Source: a virus. From it: 40,227 nucleotides of DNA. The translations under genes were made by a program, and so were the position numbers. The DNA lies in UHGV virus genome UHGV-0148877. One strand, given 5' to 3'. Each line of letters starts with the position of its first letter. The stretch's first letter is position 1. Of this stretch, positions 18,397 through 27,392 are shown piece after piece. The notes under the pieces are model-generated. The model was not told where the DNA came from. It did no database searches and worked only from the letters and a program-made list of their open reading frames with translations.

Positions 18397-19004
18397 CAGG
18401 ACAACCTCGCAATGGTAAACTCATCAACCGGTGGCTGTGGTTCCTGTGATTCATTCTGGCTATGCGAGCCAGCACTAAGAATCACGCGATTGTACATATT
18501 GAGGGCAAACGTACCGAGGTCTGCATTCCCAGTCAGCGCCATGTTAATGGCTGCCGCAAGACGCCAGGCCAACGCCTCCATAAAAATGGCATCAAACATG
18601 TTCACATCTGTAACGCGAGAGACATACTTGAGCCATGCCTGAGGCTGGTCTGTGTAGATCAACTTTCCTGTTCCGTTGGTGTCTGCACCAACTTCGTACT
18701 GAACGCGCATTGCTGCTGTTGGATTGCGTACACCAGGAAGCATAATTTCAGTAATGCGCAGACAATCTGACGGGTACTGGTACGCATATTCCCAGTCAGG
18801 CGGTGGATTGCTCGTATCTGCAAGCGCCACGCGTTTGGTAGCAAAGTTCCAGTCAAAATCAGAAAGCACAGCATCACGGCAGGCCTCAAAGTGCAGCGAA
18901 CATTCCCCCGCTTCCTTGCTGGCTTCCGTCAGGCTGTTAATGCTGCGGCTGTTGCCAATATTGGACAGCGCACGATTACAGATCTCTACTACAGAGGCCA
19001 TCAC
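18396..19004 (-). CDS. Head-tail adaptor / tail tubular protein A-like
   Basis: 202 aa; size and position match gp11-type tail tubular protein A. Confidence 0.5.
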   Translation of the reverse strand: MMASVVEICNRALSNIGNSRSINSLTEASKEAGECSLHFEACRDAVLSDFDWNFATKRVALADTSNPPPDWEYAYQYPSDCLRITEIMLPGVRNPTAAMRVQYEVGADTNGTGKLIYTDQPQAWLKYVSRVTDVNMFDAIFMEALAWRLAAAINMALTGNADLGTFALNMYNRVILSAGSHSQNESQEPQPPVDEFTIARLS

Positions 19005-19330
19005 TCACCTCCGTTACCGTACAGAGTTTCAGCCGCTGATTTTTCTACATCCCCGGAAACAGGAGCGATCGCCATATCAGTGATCTGCAGATCGGCGCTG
19101 CGATTAACACCATCGTCAGTTTCTCTGGCAGACAGGCCTCGAATAACAGCCTTTGCAGTTATCATCACTTCTGTTCCGACGCCCTGAGGTTGCGCCTTCA
19201 GCTTATTCAATGTGTCGTTATTAAGAGTGATGCACAGCCCCCACGGGTATTCATCGCGAGTTCTGGTTTCTCCGCTCTCATCCTGGTAGCTGTCAGTGCC
19301 GGTTTTGAGGTTTACGAGTTCCATATACAC
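19001..19330 (-). CDS. Small head-associated structural protein (possible decoration/staple)
   Basis: 109 aa ORF in the capsid-to-tail gene block; function by position only. Confidence 0.4.
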   Translation of the reverse strand: MYMELVNLKTGTDSYQDESGETRTRDEYPWGLCITLNNDTLNKLKAQPQGVGTEVMITAKAVIRGLSARETDDGVNRSADLQITDMAIAPVSGDVEKSAAETLYGNGGE

Positions 19331-19374
19331 TCCTGCAATAAAGGGGCCGAAGCCCCTTGTCTGATCCGCGAGGC

Positions 19375-19719
19375 TTACACGCCCAGTTCTTTACGCTTAT
19401 CTGCGATCTTCTCGCGGAGCGTTTCGGCTTTGGCGTTATGGTGTGGCTTCTCGTTAAAGAGCAATTCGTACTCTTCACGGAGCTTATCCAGTTCACCATC
19501 ATCTGACACATCGTTGATGATTTTGGTGCTGGTTGCTGCCATTGACACCTTTCCTGCAACTTTTGCTTTTGCCTGTCTGGCTGCATCGTTAACAGGTTCC
19601 AGTGCGCTACCAGGCTCACCTTCGTATTCGATTTCTGCCCCCTCCGGCCACAGAGTGTTATGGATATGAGAGAGGCGCAGAACGCGGTATCTTGGTTTCT
19701 CACCTGACATCGATATCAC
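19375..19719 (-). CDS. Hypothetical structural-module protein
   Basis: 114 aa ORF immediately downstream of the 145-aa gene; no motif recognised. Confidence 0.4.
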   Translation of the reverse strand: MISMSGEKPRYRVLRLSHIHNTLWPEGAEIEYEGEPGSALEPVNDAARQAKAKVAGKVSMAATSTKIINDVSDDGELDKLREEYELLFNEKPHHNAKAETLREKIADKRKELGV

Positions 19720-19720
19720 C

Positions 19721-20158
19721 TTAACCAGTTACTTTTGAGCGGATCGGATACGGCGTATTGGCATCAACATCAAGACTGATACCAGCAGTGAATTCGCCAG
19801 CCGTTAGTGGGCCAGTTGCGACGGAGTAGTTAACACGCAGATATCGCTGAACACCGGCAGGCACCTTTGCAGAAACAACTCGTTTACCTGCTGTCAGGGC
19901 GGTCTTTGCCAGTGCGCCACTATCATAAATAGTGGTCCATGAGCTGTTATCCTCACTCGTCTGCAACTGGATGTTTACAGTTGCATCACCGCTTGCCGCG
20001 GCGGCTGTGTTAACCAGCGCCCAAAACTCAAGCGGGTAACCCACGCCGATATCACGACGTTTTCCGTCAATTGGACCGAGATCGATTACGTCAGTAGAAG
20101 CCGCGGTATTCGTAACCGCCTGAGCTTCGGAGAACATCAACAGTTTGTCGGTGATCAT
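19721..20158 (-). CDS. Putative capsid decoration / structural protein
   Basis: 145 aa, Ala/Thr/Gly-rich beta-type composition, directly downstream of the major capsid gene. Confidence 0.45.
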   Translation of the reverse strand: MITDKLLMFSEAQAVTNTAASTDVIDLGPIDGKRRDIGVGYPLEFWALVNTAAAASGDATVNIQLQTSEDNSSWTTIYDSGALAKTALTAGKRVVSAKVPAGVQRYLRVNYSVATGPLTAGEFTAGISLDVDANTPYPIRSKVTG

Positions 20159-20209
20159 CTTCTTTCTCCATTAGTGGGTCTGTTACGACCCACAGGTTAA
20201 TAACAGGCG

Positions 20210-21196
20210 TTACACCACGCGGGCTTCTGTTTCCAGAAGCGCATCAGTTTCACGGATTGGTACACCACGGAATGAAGTCCACCACTCGCCTTCAGTCTCT
20301 TTTACGCTGATAGCCAGAGATGTTTTCTCCAGAGATTGCAGATCAAGAGCCTGGCCTACAGTGCGGTTCATGTAGAACACCGGGCGGCCCATGCCACGGT
20401 TTGGAATGCGATGCAGTGCTTTAACCATCAACTTCGCAATATTTGCGGCAGAGGAAGGTTCTGAAAGATTGCTGACATTGATGTTTGCAATGCGAACAAC
20501 ATAACGCCAGTCACGCAGAGCAAGTCCGTTATCCCATTTGTAATGGGTGCGATAGCCTTCGTACTTGCCGCCATTAGCATCTTCCAGTGTCACCTGGCCT
20601 TTATCTTCCATCTGGATGCCAGCCTTCTGCCCTTTCGGGAAGATGCCATGCACGGTGTTTTCGCCCCACACCACTAACCAGATTGAGGTGTTATCTGTAC
20701 CCGTGCCACCAGCATCAATGATGTTCTGAGCATTACCCGCAGACAGGCTGGAATAGCGGGAGGACAATCCCATAAACTGCTGAGGGTTAACGCTGGAATC
20801 ACCATAAAACAACGTCTGCGCCATCTGCTGATTCATCGCTTCAATAAATGCGCGGTCTTCAGACAGGCGGAATTCGGCGGTATTACCGTTCAGATCAGCC
20901 AGTGACTTATCGACTTCAGCATAGGTTTCCAACATGCCAACGGAATCGGTGACCTGCACTGTGGTTGATTTGCTTGGTTGTACGCCATAGTTCAACAAAC
21001 GCCAGGTAGCTGAAGGTAAACCAGAACGAATGGTGGTTCGGTGTCCGGTAGGAAGGTTCCCTTCGACAAAAGGCATATCCTGAAGGATCGGGTTAGTTTG
21101 ACCGAGAAGCTCGATAATCTTATCGACTTTCCCGTTTGGATCGACGCGCTTACCCCAGTCAGCCAGCGTTAGCGCAGTTAAGCCTTTAACAGCCAT
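20210..21196 (-). CDS. Major capsid protein
   Basis: 328 aa; immediately follows the scaffolding gene; composition and size consistent with an HK97-fold podovirus coat protein. Confidence 0.8.
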   Translation of the reverse strand: MAVKGLTALTLADWGKRVDPNGKVDKIIELLGQTNPILQDMPFVEGNLPTGHRTTIRSGLPSATWRLLNYGVQPSKSTTVQVTDSVGMLETYAEVDKSLADLNGNTAEFRLSEDRAFIEAMNQQMAQTLFYGDSSVNPQQFMGLSSRYSSLSAGNAQNIIDAGGTGTDNTSIWLVVWGENTVHGIFPKGQKAGIQMEDKGQVTLEDANGGKYEGYRTHYKWDNGLALRDWRYVVRIANINVSNLSEPSSAANIAKLMVKALHRIPNRGMGRPVFYMNRTVGQALDLQSLEKTSLAISVKETEGEWWTSFRGVPIRETDALLETEARVV

Positions 21197-21210
21197 TGTT
21201 ATTTCCTCTC

Positions 21211-21906
21211 TTATTTGCCATAGAGCACTTCGGCCGCACTACGCTGGCCTTCATTACCACCGGTGACCATGCCATCTTCAGACATAGCCTTTCCGATTTT
21301 CACAAACGTTTTGACCAGATCAGGGTGATTACCCAGCCCGGTGGTGTTCAGATATTCTTTGAGTTCAGGTGTCCCGAACTGGTCAAGCGCACGCTGTGCG
21401 GCGCTAAGGTTAGAAATCAACTTGTCGCCACCGATTTCTTTGTCAGCTTTTACATCCGCAGCCCACTGCTCGGTTGTTTTCTGCCAGGCTTCTGCCTGGC
21501 GCTGCTGAACACCTGCCAGAATCTTCGGATAAGCATCAACCAGCTTTTGCGCTTGCTCGTTGGTCAGGTTAAGTTCTCGCGCCACCGGCTCGAATTCCTT
21601 CAACGCTTCTGTATCCAGCTCTACGCCTTCGGCAGCCTGAAACTCGTACTTCTCAGGCGCACCCTCTGGTTTATCGCCGTCCTTTTTTTCATCCTGCTTA
21701 TCGTTTTCAGGCTTTTTGTCATCAGCAGGTTTATCGCCATCAGCAACAGGTTGTGGCTTATCACCTTCATGTTGTGATGGATCACCAACTGGAGCAGGGT
21801 TATCACCTGCAGGCGCTGACGGTTCTGACGCAGCCGGAGCTGCTCCACCATCGACTGGTTGCTCATTGCAAAGACGGTAGTTAATTAAAGAATCAAATAA
21901 ACTCAC
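21211..21906 (-). CDS. Scaffolding protein
   Basis: 231 aa; acidic, Pro/Asp/Lys-rich low-complexity N-terminal half and helical C-terminal half; sits between portal and capsid genes. Confidence 0.65.
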   Translation of the reverse strand: MSLFDSLINYRLCNEQPVDGGAAPAASEPSAPAGDNPAPVGDPSQHEGDKPQPVADGDKPADDKKPENDKQDEKKDGDKPEGAPEKYEFQAAEGVELDTEALKEFEPVARELNLTNEQAQKLVDAYPKILAGVQQRQAEAWQKTTEQWAADVKADKEIGGDKLISNLSAAQRALDQFGTPELKEYLNTTGLGNHPDLVKTFVKIGKAMSEDGMVTGGNEGQRSAAEVLYGK

Positions 21907-21917
21907 GATCTTTCCCC

Positions 21918-22205
21918 TTAAGCCATAATCCCGGCTGCCTTTAACTTGGCCAGCAGAGAATTAAAATCAGCAACGACTCCACTAACATCGCTCGCGACAG
22001 AATTAGCTTGTGTTGCAGCTTTCTTGACGCCACCTATAACTGATTCAGTTGCCGCAGGCGGCGTAAATGTTTCAGGCTTTTCCTGAATATCACTCCAGGA
22101 AACAGAAGCATCATCACCAATGACACTTACTTCAGCGATGGTGCTGTCTCCATCAAGCCTGATCGGTCTAATTTTATTTAAAGACATTTGCCTACCTCTG
22201 TTCAC
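21918..22205 (-). CDS. Hypothetical head-module protein
   Basis: 95 aa ORF between portal and scaffold genes. Confidence 0.4.
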   Translation of the reverse strand: MNRGRQMSLNKIRPIRLDGDSTIAEVSVIGDDASVSWSDIQEKPETFTPPAATESVIGGVKKAATQANSVASDVSGVVADFNSLLAKLKAAGIMA

Positions 22206-22488
22206 TGGCCTCTTTGGCCATCTTTAAATACTGTTCAGGGCAATGCGCCATAACGCGCTGAAACAGTTCCAGCGCCAGATTGCGTTGCCCCTCATTAAAT
22301 GCCATAGCCATAGCGTCCATCGGTGAGATAGCAGAAAACACACGGCCTTTCTCCAGCACCGACCAGACAACGCGACGCCCCTGTTCACTGCTCATGACAA
22401 AGCGAATGTCATCAATTTCACGCTGTGCCATGTCACGTTGCTTACGGGCGTTTTCTTCTTTCAGTTGATCGTCTTCGTAATCTGTCAT
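22192..22488 (-). CDS. Hypothetical head-module protein
   Basis: 98 aa ORF whose start overlaps the portal stop. Confidence 0.4.
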   Translation of the reverse strand: MTDYEDDQLKEENARKQRDMAQREIDDIRFVMSSEQGRRVVWSVLEKGRVFSAISPMDAMAMAFNEGQRNLALELFQRVMAHCPEQYLKMAKEASEQR

Positions 22489-24164
22489 TGTGATTGCCCA
22501 CCCTGACCACTAACTGCATTCGCCATAGCTGACAAAACACTCGGATCCGAAGTTTTAGCTTCGCTTAGCGTCTTGGCACCCTGTGCCGCCGCCATCCCCA
22601 TCGCCATCATTTGTTGCTGCTGTTGTTGCTGTGCCCGTTGCTGGCGAGCCTGCTCAACCTGTTCCTGCGGAACAATGACGGTTGGAGACACTCCGGACAT
22701 ATCAGCGAATGCATCGATCGCCTGATCAACGTTGAGTTTGTCGAGAGCTTCTGGTTTCGCTTGCGCAAGTTGACCAATGAAGTTGACCGTGGATGCCAGA
22801 CTGGACAGGCCGATAGACTTCTGCGCCTGAGCCATGACGGAAATGTATTCGACCTTCAGGGGCATACCTTCCATCGCGTCAGGCGGTGGCGGCAGCATGT
22901 TTTTACGCACCATCATCGAGAAAGCGCGGTCAATGAGAGGATTAAGACATTCGTCGTTCAGACGCTCCAGAACCGGCCCCAACATCAGAAGTTTTTCTTC
23001 TTTCATTTCGATCACCGCTTCAACAGGCATCGAGCGGGTATTGATGTTCTGCAACATCATGAACAGATCGACAAAGTAGGCGCTGTTAATGATTTGGCGA
23101 GTGTCCTGAATGTCTGCCACCAGATCTGCTGTACTGGGGTTAACCAGATAAGCAGGCCTGAAACCATCCTGACCAGTAATCTGATCGATATACGTGATGT
23201 CGCCAGGAAGAAGGGAGGCGCGCTGATTCTTGAGGGAAGTCGGAGCAACCATCGGCGGATTGGTGGCTTTATCAATCAACTGCGACTTGCGCTTCTGGAG
23301 AAGCTGCAATGCCTTAACAGGTCCAAGCGCCAGCATACCCGGGCATGATGATCCATAAACATCTTCGCCATTAACTTCCCAGCGCGGAGCCATAATTGGA
23401 AACTCATCGAATCCGGACTCACGCAACAACTTGTCGTTATCGCCACCAACCTCGTAATAAACCGATTTGAATGGCTTGTTCTTGCTATCCAGCTTCGATG
23501 TATCGCGGTCAATGTTCGGGTAAACCGAATGCATCACTTCGATCCACTTCTCGTAGGTGCCGCTTTCCCACATGCTTTTTACGGATTCGCTGACGTTATT
23601 TAGCCCGAACTCCTGAACAAGCTGACGAACAGTCATAGAGAACTTGCGAAAACAGGTGTCAACACTGCCACGAGGTGAGTTAGCCAGGTAGTAACTGCCT
23701 ATCGGGAATGGCATTGTGCGAATGATGTCCTCGTCATCCTCCAGCACTGCCATTGCACCGGTGCTGTATGTGCCGAGGCTTCCGTATAACTGCGGAAGAG
23801 ACTGGTAGAGATTCGACTTATTGAACATATCGTTCATGCGGTTCTGCACCGCCTCAAGCCACAACTTAACAGGGCCATAATCCATCATTTCAGGATCTGG
23901 CGTAGCCAGGCGAAACCACGGACGCGCGGGGCTTGTGATGCCTGACATCATGCCGCTGGCGAGAGTGCGCGCCGCCATAGTCCCGGTCGAATCAATAATA
24001 CGTGTATTGCGTCGATCGTTACGGTTGACCTCAGAAGTCAGAAAGCGGGAACCACGCGGGTTGATGTAATCACTCAACTCGCGCCAGTGCGGCTCGAACG
24101 ACTGACGCTCGCTTTCAAGTTGTGCGAACTGTTTGTTCAATCGCTCTTTAGTTGTTTCCGCCAT
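22485..24164 (-). CDS. Portal protein
   Basis: 559 aa; placed after TerL; C-terminal poly-Gln/Ala tail (QARQQRAQQQQQQQMMAMGMAAAQGA). Confidence 0.8.
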   Translation of the reverse strand: MAETTKERLNKQFAQLESERQSFEPHWRELSDYINPRGSRFLTSEVNRNDRRNTRIIDSTGTMAARTLASGMMSGITSPARPWFRLATPDPEMMDYGPVKLWLEAVQNRMNDMFNKSNLYQSLPQLYGSLGTYSTGAMAVLEDDEDIIRTMPFPIGSYYLANSPRGSVDTCFRKFSMTVRQLVQEFGLNNVSESVKSMWESGTYEKWIEVMHSVYPNIDRDTSKLDSKNKPFKSVYYEVGGDNDKLLRESGFDEFPIMAPRWEVNGEDVYGSSCPGMLALGPVKALQLLQKRKSQLIDKATNPPMVAPTSLKNQRASLLPGDITYIDQITGQDGFRPAYLVNPSTADLVADIQDTRQIINSAYFVDLFMMLQNINTRSMPVEAVIEMKEEKLLMLGPVLERLNDECLNPLIDRAFSMMVRKNMLPPPPDAMEGMPLKVEYISVMAQAQKSIGLSSLASTVNFIGQLAQAKPEALDKLNVDQAIDAFADMSGVSPTVIVPQEQVEQARQQRAQQQQQQQMMAMGMAAAQGAKTLSEAKTSDPSVLSAMANAVSGQGGQSQ

Positions 24165-24178
24165 TTCAATGACTCCGG

Positions 24179-24385
24179 TTACTGACCAAGTAGCGTTTTA
24201 CCGCTGGTATTAGCGGTTGATGTGTCGCCCTGAGAACCGGTAAGCAGCGTAGAACTACGACCAGCAGCAGCGCGACGGCGACGTGTTTCTTCGTCGCGGG
24301 CATCAACAACGGCGGCATCCTGCTCCTGTGGTGCTGCCTGAACTTCTGGTGTTGCAGGCACTGATGGTGAGCTACCCATGCACAT
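24179..24385 (-). CDS. Small low-complexity protein upstream of portal
   Basis: 68 aa, Ala/Arg/Pro/Thr-rich; ATG with GGAG RBS 9 nt upstream; ends 12 nt before the portal start. Confidence 0.3.
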   Translation of the reverse strand: MCMGSSPSVPATPEVQAAPQEQDAAVVDARDEETRRRRAAAGRSSTLLTGSQGDTSTANTSGKTLLGQ

Positions 24386-24474
24386 ATCAATGACTCCGTA
24401 CGCAATTAAATTATTACCAATTTAACCACATATGATTTATTTATCGTAGATAGTTGACATTTAACGCACAAATT

Positions 24475-24491
24475 ATTACCTTTCAGGTAAC
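24475..24491. promoter_or_regulatory. Operator palindrome ATTACC-TTTCA-GGTAAC, with a TTGACA hexamer at 24454-24459
   Basis: Perfect TTACC-N5-GGTAA core; same TTGACA-then-palindrome arrangement as at 34689-34733; oriented toward the plus-strand tRNA. Confidence 0.55.
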
Positions 24492-24812
24492 TAAAGAGTT
24501 CATTCCGGTTGCTAACCTGACTGGCTTGTCGTTAAATTGAACAGGTGGAGTGAGCTTTTGTTTTGAGCAGTACGGCGTATGGCACATGCGCCGATAGCGG
24601 TCTGGATACGTTTAAGGGGCACCCTCCCTTGCTCGGGCAAACGAACCAGGTAGCCGGAATGTGCAAGTCGAGCGGTTTTATTCCGCGCACGGGGATTCAC
24701 CATCCCGGCGATTCGGTGTGACGCCTCGGAAGAGACGAGGGTACAACGATGAGAGCATTTATGGAGCCGCGACAAAGTGTGGCGCCTTAACAGGCTAAGT
24801 GCTCTCAGCGTT

Positions 24813-24889
24813 GTGGCATTAGCTCAGTTGGACAGAGCAACCGCCTTCTAAGCGGTTGGTCGCAGGTTCGAATCCTGCATGCCACGCCA
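24813..24889 (+). tRNA. tRNA-Arg (anticodon UCU)
   Basis: 77 nt folded by hand: 7-bp acceptor stem GTGGCAT/ATGCCAC, D stem GCTC/GAGC, anticodon stem ACCGC/GCGGT with loop CTTCTAA (anticodon TCT), T stem GCAGG/CCTGC with loop TTCGAAT, discriminator G, encoded CCA. Confidence 0.9.
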
Positions 24890-24932
24890 GAATCACGCCT
24901 AAGGACCGTGATGCCAGAAGTTCCAGGTGCTT

Positions 24933-24975
24933 GGCGGTGATGGTTTCCCTTGAAGGACTATCACCGCCCTTTTTA
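24933..24975 (+). terminator. Intrinsic terminator downstream of the tRNA
   Basis: GGCGGTGAT...ATCACCGCC inverted repeat followed by CTTTTT. Confidence 0.5.
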
Positions 24976-25052
24976 CAGCAGGACGCCATTGCGATGACTT
25001 CATGCTGTAAACCAGTACAGCCACGGAAGGCATAACTCATTGCTTCCAGTTC

Positions 25053-25076
25053 GCCCGGTTCGCCGGGCATTTTTTT
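25053..25076 (+). terminator. Intrinsic terminator (second, stronger)
   Basis: GCCCGG-TTCG-CCGGGC perfect 6-bp stem with tetraloop, followed by A and TTTTTTT. Confidence 0.6.
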
Positions 25077-25205
25077 AAGGTGTGAATCATGAAATACGAA
25101 TTCGATGGATTTTGATGTCGTGACATGTCACAAACAGCCAGCCGATGAGCTGGCTTTGTTTTATCCTCACCAGAGGATATCAGCAGCATTATCCCCTCCA
25201 GAGGA

Positions 25206-26681
25206 TTAAGCATAGGGATCGTAATCTGTAATGGCCTTGCCTTGCTGGTTCTGCTGACCGGGAATTCGCAGACGCTTCGACACCGGGAAAGCAAACGTCA
25301 GCAGTAGCGCATCGCCTTTACCCGGCGAACGCCCAAGCCGCTCCTTGATATCTTCCTTCGGTTCGATAACGATTTTACCGTCCACGCGAACTTTGTACTC
25401 TGCCGCCGACAGGTCGTCCGCTGTTTCCTGGTCATCCAGCATGCCGCCCAGCCTCAGCCATGTCTTGCATGCATTGAACATCTCCCCACGCTTGTTAAGC
25501 ATCTGCGGGTCAGTGGACGCACCGCCGAACGGAACAAGTTGCCATGTACGTCCCCAGCCATCACCGATTGACTTCAAACCGGTTCCGTAACCGAAGTCGA
25601 TGAACACCGCGTCAGCCTGGTACTGGTCTTCAAAGTCAGCGATACGCTTCGCCATAATCAGATCGTCGGTGGTCTTGTTGCCAGTCCACAACACCTTACT
25701 GTGCAGCCCCTGCCGCAGGTATATCACAGCGTCATCAACGCCGGAGTATGCAGGGTCAACGCCGATTATCACCGGAGCATGTGCCACCTGCGCAGCAGTT
25801 ACCACCCGTTTCATTGCCTCGTCAGTAAGACCGGTAGGGATAAACTGCAATTCAGATGCATCAGGGAATATGCCGCGCACACGGATTTTAACGAAGTCGC
25901 TGTCTTCCCCGTAGTCATCAACCCATTTCTGCAACTGCTGTTTGTTGGTGCCTTCCACCGTCCGGCTGTCAATCTGCGCAGTTTTCCAGCGGTGTTTATA
26001 TTTGCGGAAACATTCGCGGAAACGCCCGGTATTACGCGTCGGGTTCCCGAACGCCACCCAGATGATTTCGGTGTCTTCGTCCGTCAGCGCACCCTCTGCT
26101 ACCTCCCACACCAGATCGGCAATGTTGGATGCTTCGTCGAAAACCACGATGATGCGTTTGCGCTCGTTGTGTAGTCCGGCGAATGCCTCAGTGTTGTGCT
26201 CAGACCAGGGGATTGCGTCAGCTCGCCACCGCTTGTCGTGCCCAGGATCATTGCTGTACATCGCGGTAGCGGTACAGGTAAACCAGTCTTTCGTGATGGC
26301 AAGGTTCGACCACTTGATAATTTCCGGCCAGGTCTTCGTTCGTAGCTGGTTGTCGGTGTTGGCGGTCACCACGACCTTACAATCCTCGCAAGTGGACATG
26401 CCCCAGTTGATCAGCATTGAGATGAATGCGGATTTACCAATACCGTGACCAGAAGCGCGTGCCAGCATAAGCGGCTGATATCGCGTCTCTGGATTCTGCA
26501 GGTGATCACGTATCTCTCGGAACGCATCGGCCTGCCACTGACGTGGACCGGTGGCATGTGCCAGTTCAGTACCCTCTTCCCCCCACGGGAACGCATAGAG
26601 GGCATAGCCAAGCGGATCGTGAGTGAACCCTGCAATATCCTCGATCAACTGCTCTTCAGGAGATAACGCTGTATCTGTCAC
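25206..26681 (-). CDS. Terminase large subunit
   Basis: 491 aa; N-terminal ATPase region with a Walker A-like GHGIGKS and C-terminal nuclease-like region; start (GTG with AGGATGG RBS) overlaps the TerS stop. Confidence 0.85.
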   Translation of the reverse strand: MTDTALSPEEQLIEDIAGFTHDPLGYALYAFPWGEEGTELAHATGPRQWQADAFREIRDHLQNPETRYQPLMLARASGHGIGKSAFISMLINWGMSTCEDCKVVVTANTDNQLRTKTWPEIIKWSNLAITKDWFTCTATAMYSNDPGHDKRWRADAIPWSEHNTEAFAGLHNERKRIIVVFDEASNIADLVWEVAEGALTDEDTEIIWVAFGNPTRNTGRFRECFRKYKHRWKTAQIDSRTVEGTNKQQLQKWVDDYGEDSDFVKIRVRGIFPDASELQFIPTGLTDEAMKRVVTAAQVAHAPVIIGVDPAYSGVDDAVIYLRQGLHSKVLWTGNKTTDDLIMAKRIADFEDQYQADAVFIDFGYGTGLKSIGDGWGRTWQLVPFGGASTDPQMLNKRGEMFNACKTWLRLGGMLDDQETADDLSAAEYKVRVDGKIVIEPKEDIKERLGRSPGKGDALLLTFAFPVSKRLRIPGQQNQQGKAITDYDPYA

Positions 26682-27274
26682 TGATTACCATCCTGACGTT
26701 CTTTGAGTCGCTTCCTGGCTGCTGCTATGCGATCAGCAATTGTCACATTCACATTAACATCCAGACGTTCTTTGAACGCGTTGACATCAACATGCTTACC
26801 AATCAGTTCTAGGTTCTTCACCTTGTCAGGCCATTTAATTTTTTTGAGGATTGTCTCTATCGAATCCTCGTTCATGTTCATGATGGTCGATGACAGATCA
26901 AAGCCACTAAGCGTAGTGCGCCAGATTTTCGGCCACTCACGGATTGGTTTAAGGCTCCCATCGTCGTTGAGGATGTCGATCACGTCCATCTGGTCGATCT
27001 CCACCAGGCGCATGAGAACGTAATCAGCACTGACGCGCATTCGTTTGTTGCGCTCCTCCATCAACTCGGCAATCCGTTTCTGAATGCGTTCATCGCGCAT
27101 CATGACACTGGCTTTAACTGCCGCTGTATTTGGGGAGAATCCTGCGTTAATCGCTGCCTGAGTCTGGTTTTCAGGCGTTTTGATGTATGACTGGCAATAA
27201 GCCTCCTGCATTGCAGTTAGTGGCTTAAATTGCGTTGATTTGCGTTTATAGGTTTTAGGTTCAGCAGGCATCAT
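26678..27274 (-). CDS. Terminase small subunit
   Basis: About 198 aa from the internal ATG pair at 27274/27271 (MMPAEPKTYKRK...); immediately upstream of TerL and overlapping its start; the track's longer N-terminus would run through operator-like repeats. Confidence 0.6.
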   Translation of the reverse strand: MMPAEPKTYKRKSTQFKPLTAMQEAYCQSYIKTPENQTQAAINAGFSPNTAAVKASVMMRDERIQKRIAELMEERNKRMRVSADYVLMRLVEIDQMDVIDILNDDGSLKPIREWPKIWRTTLSGFDLSSTIMNMNEDSIETILKKIKWPDKVKNLELIGKHVDVNAFKERLDVNVNVTIADRIAAARKRLKERQDGNQ

Positions 27275-27290
27275 AACCACCGTGGTAATA

Positions 27291-27307
27291 GTTACCGTTG
27301 TGGTAAT
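27291..27307. promoter_or_regulatory. Operator palindrome GTTACC-GTTGT-GGTAAT before the late (terminase) genes
   Basis: Perfect TTACC-N5-GGTAA core; part of a 14-bp direct repeat (GGTA(C/A)CTATTACCAC x2 on the minus strand) between an early-operon terminator and the TerS start. Confidence 0.5.
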
Positions 27308-27316
27308 AGTACCATG

Positions 27317-27346
27317 CAAAATAAAGCCGCCATAGTTGGCGGCAGT
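27317..27346 (-). terminator. Intrinsic terminator between the early/nin-like block and the terminase genes
   Basis: On the minus strand GCCGCC-AACTAT-GGCGGC hairpin followed by TTTATTTTG. Confidence 0.5.
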
Positions 27347-27392
27347 ATTCAAAACCCATCAAATTCATCATGCATAATCTACTCGTGACATT

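Noticed and set aside
22611-23348. 245-aa plus-strand ORF antisense to the portal gene, and similar long antisense ORFs inside the endolysin, nozzle, ejection-protein and TerL genes (e.g. 459-1115, 17953-18642, 25942-26448)
   Set aside because: Each lies wholly inside a well-supported gene on the opposite strand, lacks an RBS and has low-complexity composition; typical shadow ORFs.
24512-24775. 87-aa minus-strand ORF in the tRNA leader region
   Set aside because: No RBS, odd composition, and it lies antisense within a region better explained as a non-coding leader.
24500-24812. Possibility that the tRNA leader is a tmRNA, RNase P RNA or a second tRNA
   Set aside because: No tRNA-like acceptor/T-arm pairing or conserved tmRNA/RNase P elements seen by eye; kept only as an unexplained structured leader pending a covariance-model scan.
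25005-25020. Second CTGT-N8-ACAG match (CTGTAAACCAGTACAG) between the two terminators after the tRNA
   Set aside because: The skeleton matches a LexA box but the spacer is not AT-rich, about 0.6 such matches are expected by chance in 40 kb, and no gene start follows.
27275-27352. Longer TerS N-terminus starting at 27352 (track start)
   Set aside because: It would translate the operator/direct-repeat region and the terminator hairpin into an odd TITTTVTITTVV peptide; the internal ATG pair at 27274/27271 with a GGTGG RBS is more plausible.
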